The notes below the pieces were generated by a model. That model saw only the letters and a program-made list of their open reading frames with translations, searched no databases and had not been told where the DNA came from. The position numbers were made by a program, and so were the translations under genes. A DNA stretch of 23,612 nt from a bacterium (lineage in GTDB: Bacteria > Muiribacteriota > UBA6191): the NCBI GenBank assembly GCA_036339875.1, contig JAYZAC010000119.1:1-23612 (forward strand). Reading direction: 5' to 3'. Shown here one piece after another: positions 18,545-23,612 of this stretch. Numbering within the stretch: the first letter of the stretch is position 1; each line of letters starts with the position of its first letter.

Positions 18545-18578
18545 AAATAATAAAACGGACCTCGCAGGAGAGGTCCGT
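18545..18578 (-). terminator. Rho-independent terminator for the bS22-like gene (hairpin may also act on the convergent gene)
   Basis: Perfect 9-bp stem ACGGACCTC (18555-18563) / GAGGTCCGT (18570-18578) with a 6-nt loop, followed on the minus strand by TTTATTATTT. Confidence 0.85.
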
Positions 18579-18612
18579 CTGTATCTTTAACGTAAGTTAT
18601 GTGCTGCGTTTG

Positions 18613-18711
18613 CTACTTCTTCTTCCTTCGCTGATGGCGAGTTCGCTTCAGTAGCTTGCGGTGTTTGTGCTTTCGAATCTTTTTTTGTCTCTTCTTCTTA
18701 ACATTTGCCAT
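18613..18711 (-). CDS. 32-aa basic protein of the AURKAIP1/COX24 family (30S ribosomal protein bS22 / mS38-like)
   Basis: Not in ORF track. Translates to MANVKKKRQKKIRKHKHRKLLKRTRHQRRKKK, matching the family pattern M..V.KKR..K..KHK.RKLL.RTR.QRR. AGGA upstream; flanked by its own promoter and terminator. Confidence 0.9.
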   Translation of the reverse strand: MANVKKKRQKKIRKHKHRKLLKRTRHQRRKKK

Positions 18712-18756
18712 GAATTCTGTTTCCTATGCTTATTGGACCTACGTTTGAAGGGCGAC

Positions 18757-18785
18757 ACCTTATCGCTTGTCACAATTTTTGTCAA
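18757..18785 (-). promoter_or_regulatory. Sigma70 promoter TTGACA-N17-TAAGGT for the bS22-like gene
   Basis: TTGACA at 18785-18780, 17-nt spacer, TAAGGT at 18762-18757, AT-rich sequence upstream. Confidence 0.75.
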
Positions 18786-18856
18786 GCATCAGCTAGTAAA
18801 TTAATTTTTTAAAGTAATCTACACTAAAATTTTTTAAATTGGTTTGCGTAGTAGTA

Positions 18857-18884
18857 TTGACAATTGAAATTGTATTATTAGGCT
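18857..18884 (+). promoter_or_regulatory. Sigma70 promoter TTGACA-N16-TAGGCT for the GH13 gene
   Basis: Perfect -35 at 18857-18862 and TAnnnT at 18879-18884; argues against the track's TTG 18839 start. Confidence 0.55.
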
Positions 18885-18892
18885 TACAGCCT

Positions 18893-21055
18893 ATGATATG
18901 TAAAAAGATGATAAGTACTTCGATATTCATAATTTTGTCGGGTTTCATTAACTGCGTCAGTTTGTACGCATTTTACTACGGAAGTCACCCAACGGACTCG
19001 AATACTCGTTTTACCGTTTTCGTAACAGATGCGTCAATGGTTAAAGTTCGAATTTACGATAAACAAAAATACACTGACTACCCTATGCAGAGGCTCCGCA
19101 CTCCACATGGGAATCTATCCGATAGTCTAGCTAAAGATAGTTGGGAGTATACTCATCCGAAGAATTTATCTGGTAGTACTTATCACTACATTATCCATGA
19201 TAAAAATCACATCAAATACAAATTAAATGACCCAAATACAGTGGAGGTCGAGCGTAGTCAGGTAGATATTTTTCTATTCAATAAAACCAAAGGTTACCTC
19301 GTAGATACATCCGCCAAGGGCTACATTAGTTCGGTCATTGATGGCCAAGAATTAGATAGTTCCAGCAAGTTCGTTAGTAAAATCAAAGAAGATGATAGGA
19401 CGATATTTAAGCTGGAAGCCGGCAAACAGTTTACCGATTACTACATCCAAATAAGTAAAGAGGGCATCTTCCCCCATCGAATTGAAAATTACCCAACTGC
19501 AGACCCTTATTGTCTGGACTTACTTGAAAATAACTCTTGCGTTATACGGAGTAAACCAAATCGAAAAGTTAAGAGAATAGGCTTCAGGAAAGGTCATACG
19601 ATTCATGAAGTACATCTCAAAGATCTAACATACCTATTAGAGGGTGTTCCTAAAGAAATCAGAGGTACTTATAAAGCAATTGGACATCCTGAGACTCTAA
19701 AAGTTCTTCAAGATATGCAGGTAAGTACTCTGGAGTTTCTTCCATTGCATAGCTTTGATCCGACCGCTGCTCCACCAGGACATATAAATTATTGGGGCTA
19801 TATGACCCGCGGATTTTTTGCACTCCACAGAGATTATGCGGTAGATAGTGAGCAAAGTATTGAAGAATTTCAGTTTGCAGTGGAAGCACTACATAGTGTA
19901 GGTATTTCTGTTGTAATGGACGTTGTCTACAATCATACCTCTGAAGGAGATCATAGAGGACCAACGGTAAGCTTTAAAAACCTATCTAGAGATCAATATT
20001 TTAGAATGTGGAATACCGAAAAAGGTTATTACCTTAACAGTACTGGCGTTGGTAATACCTGTAAGAGTGAGTCACCGGTGATGCGACAGCTAATAATCGA
20101 CTCCTTATCTTATTTTAGTGAGTATTTTGGAATTGATGGCTACCGATTCGACTTAGGAGCAGCTATTGATCAAAAAACGTTTCGAGATATTAGGTCTAAA
20201 CTGCCCAAAGATACTCTACTTACCGCCGAACCTTGGGTTGCAGCGGATGGAGCTCAATGGGGACGAACAGACTTAAATGATATAGGCCTGGGCAAATGGA
20301 GTGACGGATATCGGCAGGACATTAGAGGTGGACTTGGAAACTCTGGCTGGATCAACGGAGAAGGTAACGAAAACGTGGTGAAGATACTTTTGAGGGGCGA
20401 AGATAAACGCTTTGGAGGTTCCGGTAGTTTTGTCTATGCATCTCCCGGTAATATTGATCATCTATCGGTCATAAATGAAGTAGAGGTTCATGATGGGTAT
20501 ACTTTATTCGATTGGATCCATAAGCATGAAGTTCCCGAAAAAGAGATATTAGCCAGAATTAGACTAGCACACACATTATTAATGGTTTCAGTTCAGACTC
20601 CAATTTTACAGCTGGGTCAGGAATTTGGACGTACAAAGAATGGTAATAAAAACTCATATGATCAAGATTCAGTAATTAATTGGATCGATTGGAAGCGAGC
20701 CAATCAAACACCTTTCAAACAACTGAATGAATTCACCAATGCTCTCAAGAAAATGCGGTTACATTATGATGTATTTCATTTTGATAAAAGAATCCAAGAT
20801 GATCGCTTAATTTTCATTAATGATAAGGATAATAACTACTCTGCATTCGGCGTTATGTTGAAGGGCTCGAAATACGAATTTTTAGTATTGCTGAACGGTA
20901 GTGATCGCTACGGGGCTAATTTTCGTTTTTACAATACCACCTATGATGTGGTTTCAAACGGAGAAAAAGTCAGTCCTCGAGGCCTAGGCAAAGTTCAAGG
21001 TGGTCATTATTACCTAGAGCCTACCTCGAGTGCTATCCTTCGACGCAAGTTGTAG
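18893..21055 (+). CDS. Glycoside hydrolase family 13 debranching enzyme (isoamylase/pullulanase-like) with a signal peptide
   Basis: HEVHLKD, LEFLPLH, NYWGYMT, DVVYNHT, DGYRFDL (nucleophile), AEPW (acid/base), EVHDG, GQEFGRTKNGNKNSYDQD. Start is ATG 18893 or 18908. Confidence 0.88.
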   Translation: MICKKMISTSIFIILSGFINCVSLYAFYYGSHPTDSNTRFTVFVTDASMVKVRIYDKQKYTDYPMQRLRTPHGNLSDSLAKDSWEYTHPKNLSGSTYHYIIHDKNHIKYKLNDPNTVEVERSQVDIFLFNKTKGYLVDTSAKGYISSVIDGQELDSSSKFVSKIKEDDRTIFKLEAGKQFTDYYIQISKEGIFPHRIENYPTADPYCLDLLENNSCVIRSKPNRKVKRIGFRKGHTIHEVHLKDLTYLLEGVPKEIRGTYKAIGHPETLKVLQDMQVSTLEFLPLHSFDPTAAPPGHINYWGYMTRGFFALHRDYAVDSEQSIEEFQFAVEALHSVGISVVMDVVYNHTSEGDHRGPTVSFKNLSRDQYFRMWNTEKGYYLNSTGVGNTCKSESPVMRQLIIDSLSYFSEYFGIDGYRFDLGAAIDQKTFRDIRSKLPKDTLLTAEPWVAADGAQWGRTDLNDIGLGKWSDGYRQDIRGGLGNSGWINGEGNENVVKILLRGEDKRFGGSGSFVYASPGNIDHLSVINEVEVHDGYTLFDWIHKHEVPEKEILARIRLAHTLLMVSVQTPILQLGQEFGRTKNGNKNSYDQDSVINWIDWKRANQTPFKQLNEFTNALKKMRLHYDVFHFDKRIQDDRLIFINDKDNNYSAFGVMLKGSKYEFLVLLNGSDRYGANFRFYNTTYDVVSNGEKVSPRGLGKVQGGHYYLEPTSSAILRRKL

Positions 21056-21676
21056 TTAATTCACCTTTTTGAATTTAAGAAAGCTAGAGTCAAAACCTGA
21101 TGCTTGAGCGTGCTTGTAAAACAAAGTTTTGTAGTGTTCGGGTATTTCTGGCATAAATCGATAACCTCCAAGATAATTTTCAAAATCAGGATGTTTATCC
21201 AAACAATCAAAAGTGTAGTCGGCATACTCGATAACGTCAGTTGCAAAGTGGAAAATACCACCGAGTTGAAGCAACTCGCTAATTCGTTTACAAAATAGTG
21301 GATTCATTGTTCTCTTTTTTGATTGCCTCTTCTTTTGCCAAGGATCTGGAAAATTCATATAGGCATGGGCAACTGAATGACGAAAAAAACAATGGGGAAT
21401 CAAATGTTCAATACGCCCATGCATTACGCGAATATTCTGTAGGTTTGCCCGCTTAGCCCTCTTAACGATTGTTTTAACCCTATGCAACCTGAGTTCGATA
21501 CATAAGAAATTCCACTCAGGATACAAACTAGCCATTTGTTCTACAAATTCACCTTTTCCAGCACCAATATCCAAAACTAACGGTTGAACTTTCATAAATA
21601 GTTCCTGGAAATTCTGAGGCTTACTAATTTCGAACGTACCATATGCGAATGGTTTAAGTTCATTATGAATGATCAT
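21056..21676 (-). CDS. trmB: tRNA (guanine-N7)-methyltransferase
   Basis: LDIGAGKGEF, FLCIE, NFPDPWQKKRQSKKR, FATD. Confidence 0.93.
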   Translation of the reverse strand: MIIHNELKPFAYGTFEISKPQNFQELFMKVQPLVLDIGAGKGEFVEQMASLYPEWNFLCIELRLHRVKTIVKRAKRANLQNIRVMHGRIEHLIPHCFFRHSVAHAYMNFPDPWQKKRQSKKRTMNPLFCKRISELLQLGGIFHFATDVIEYADYTFDCLDKHPDFENYLGGYRFMPEIPEHYKTLFYKHAQASGFDSSFLKFKKVN

Positions 21677-22332
21677 TTATGCCTCCGACTCCAATCCGAA
21701 ATTTTTGATTGATACCACTCCCATTCAACATCTGCAATATTATGTTCTTTCGGCAATGCCTTAAATTCGAAATCTGGTAAATATTTCGAAATCTTTTCAT
21801 AAGCAATCTTTGAATTATCAAAGGGCAATATATCGTCTCCAAATCCGTGGGTAATAAAAAAGGGAGTTTGTTTACAGCCTTCCTGCTGCTTTTCCAATAA
21901 AGAATCTACCTCGTAAATAGTTCCACTTACGCCAATGACACCCATCAATGGTCTTTTACTCCGTATTGCTAATTCGAGACTCATAAGACAACCCTGACTA
22001 AACCCGAAAAGTATAATCTTTTCGCGAGAATATCCACGTTGCTCCAACTCCGATAATAATGACTCTAATAATTCATAACTTCTTTGAATCCCTAATAGCT
22101 GATTGGGAGCCATATCGTACCAACTATAACCACGCGCAAATCCCACATTCCACTCATCAGGTGCATTCAAATATAACTGACTAAAATCTTTGAGACGCAA
22201 TCCATATCTGATACCACTAAAGGAGTTTGCATTATCTCCCCGACCATGCAAACCTATAATTAATTTACCTTCACTCGAATCAGATTCAAAAAAATAAGCT
22301 TGTTCAAAACCAGCTAAATTGATTTTCGACAT
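21673..22332 (-). CDS. Phospholipase/carboxylesterase family alpha/beta hydrolase
   Basis: LHGRGD, GYSWY, GFSQG nucleophile elbow, HGFGDDILP, EHNI; ATGA overlap with trmB. Confidence 0.88.
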   Translation of the reverse strand: MSKINLAGFEQAYFFESDSSEGKLIIGLHGRGDNANSFSGIRYGLRLKDFSQLYLNAPDEWNVGFARGYSWYDMAPNQLLGIQRSYELLESLLSELEQRGYSREKIILFGFSQGCLMSLELAIRSKRPLMGVIGVSGTIYEVDSLLEKQQEGCKQTPFFITHGFGDDILPFDNSKIAYEKISKYLPDFEFKALPKEHNIADVEWEWYQSKISDWSRRHK

Positions 22333-22369
22333 GTTTTTTTCCTATCCTAAATGTTCAAAGGAGCCAACA

Positions 22370-23149
22370 ATGCAGAGTATACAATTAAGTCTAGGACAGG
22401 TGACACGCTTAACGCTAATCAAAGAAAAAATACACAATGCATTTAACGCGGAAATGATTCATGAAATACACTCAGCGTTTTCACAAATTTCAGCGTATGA
22501 TAAAACTCGTGTTGTTGTTCTACAAGCTACGGGTCGAAGCTTCAGTGCTGGTGCAGATCTGAATTGGATGAAGAGGATTATAGATTATTCTGAGCAAGAA
22601 AACATATTGGACTCAAGAAATCTTTATGAGATGCTCAAGGCTATTCAAGATTGTCCTGTTCCAACAATTAGCCGTATACAGGGTTCAGCTCTGGGAGGTG
22701 GCTGTGGATTGATAGCAGCAACAGATATGGCATTCGGGATACAAAATGCTAAATTTGGTTTTACGGAGGTAAAATTAGGCCTAGTACCTGCAGTAATTTC
22801 TCCTTTTGTAAGAGACAAAATTGGTTTGAATCATTGTCGAAGATTTTTTTTGACAGGCGAGCGGTTTGATTCGCAAACAGCCCTAGAAATTGGACTTTTG
22901 AACAAAATAGTTAAATCTGAGGTAGAACTAGACCAAACTATCGATGCGATCTGTAATGAAATAATTAACTCTAGTCCTGACGCAGTGAAGAAATGTAAAA
23001 CTTTAATCCATGGTATTTCTAACCAATCAGTAGAAGAAAGTCGCGAGTTTGTTTGTAAAAATATCGCTGAAGCCCGCATAAGTCAGCAGGGTCAAGATGG
23101 GCTTAAGGGGTTCCTGAATAAGAAACCAATGGACTGGTCTAGATGCTAG
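22370..23149 (+). CDS. Enoyl-CoA hydratase/isomerase family protein (methylglutaconyl-CoA hydratase-like)
   Basis: HNAFN, FSAGADLNWM, ALGGGCGL, FGFTEVKLGLVPAVISPFV, FLTGERF; AAGGAG 6 nt before ATG 22370. Confidence 0.9.
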   Translation: MQSIQLSLGQVTRLTLIKEKIHNAFNAEMIHEIHSAFSQISAYDKTRVVVLQATGRSFSAGADLNWMKRIIDYSEQENILDSRNLYEMLKAIQDCPVPTISRIQGSALGGGCGLIAATDMAFGIQNAKFGFTEVKLGLVPAVISPFVRDKIGLNHCRRFFLTGERFDSQTALEIGLLNKIVKSEVELDQTIDAICNEIINSSPDAVKKCKTLIHGISNQSVEESREFVCKNIAEARISQQGQDGLKGFLNKKPMDWSRC

Positions 23150-23612
23150 CAGAGTCAATCAGTATTATCGTACCCACTTTTAATCGTAGTTATACAATTG
23201 AAAGATGTCTGAATTCTATCCTCGAACAGGATTATCCTGATCAGAAAATAGAAATTATAGTAGTCGATGATGGATCGAATGATTGTACCCCAAGTATATT
23301 AACTCGCTACCAGCATACTAATAAGATTCGTGTTCTAAGACAAAAAAATAAAGGTGTTAGCTCAGCAAGAAATTTAGGTTTGAAACATGCAAGACATTCT
23401 TGGATTGCCTTTCTAGACTCAGATGATTATTGGATGCCAAAAAAACTCAAATATCAGATGAATTTACTAATTAAAGAACAACGCCTAGTCTGCCATACAC
23501 AGGAAATATGGATACGAAATGGCAAAAGAGTTAATCAATGTAAACATCATCAAAAATATGGAGGATATACCTTCGAAAATAATTTGCCGCTTTGTGCTAT
23601 GAGTCCATCGAG
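23143..23612 (+). CDS. Glycosyltransferase family 2, truncated by the window edge
   Basis: Not in ORF track. Reads MLAESISIIVPTFNR...EIIVVDDGSND...NKGVSSARNLG...IAFLDSDD; overlaps the hydratase 3' end by 7 bp. Confidence 0.9.
   Translation, partial: MLAESISIIVPTFNRSYTIERCLNSILEQDYPDQKIEIIVVDDGSNDCTPSILTRYQHTNKIRVLRQKNKGVSSARNLGLKHARHSWIAFLDSDDYWMPKKLKYQMNLLIKEQRLVCHTQEIWIRNGKRVNQCKHHQKYGGYTFENNLPLCAMSPS

Noticed and set aside
14771..23079. Short ORFs at 14771, 19659, 20273, 21061, 21104 and 22831
   Set aside because: Fully nested in longer, better-supported genes.
21673..23149. Esterase and enoyl-CoA hydratase as members of the pfa/ole pathway
   Set aside because: About 8 kb away, separated by unrelated genes, and coupled to trmB and GT2. 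The hydratase resembles the leucine-catabolism type.

Overview
AT-rich bacterial window. The left 13.8 kb is a divergently transcribed lipid biosynthesis locus. The minus strand carries a PUFA-synthase-type iterative PKS/FAS operon: pfaD, a pfaA split into KS-MAT-ACPx3 and KR-DH parts, and the start of a pfaBC/pfaC-like KS gene cut by the window edge. The plus strand carries a complete oleABCD olefin (head-to-head condensation) operon. The most striking feature is that the two pfaA halves meet at an A10 run (2598-2607) just after the last ACP. The downstream frame is open across that run, so a single -1 ribosomal frameshift or a +1 A transcriptional slip would give a full-length ~2401-aa PfaA; a homopolymer sequencing error cannot be excluded. 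pfaA also has a good internal RBS+ATG just ahead of the ACP block. The right half holds a small Cys-motif protein, orphan genes, a secreted TolB/PD40-like protein, and a signal-peptide protein with a degenerate nucleotidyltransferase motif. It also holds a 32-aa bS22/mS38-type ribosomal protein missed by the ORF track (with its own promoter and terminator), an exported GH13 debranching enzyme, trmB, a carboxylesterase, an enoyl-CoA hydratase and a truncated GT2. I saw no rRNA, tRNA, CRISPR array or mobile element.
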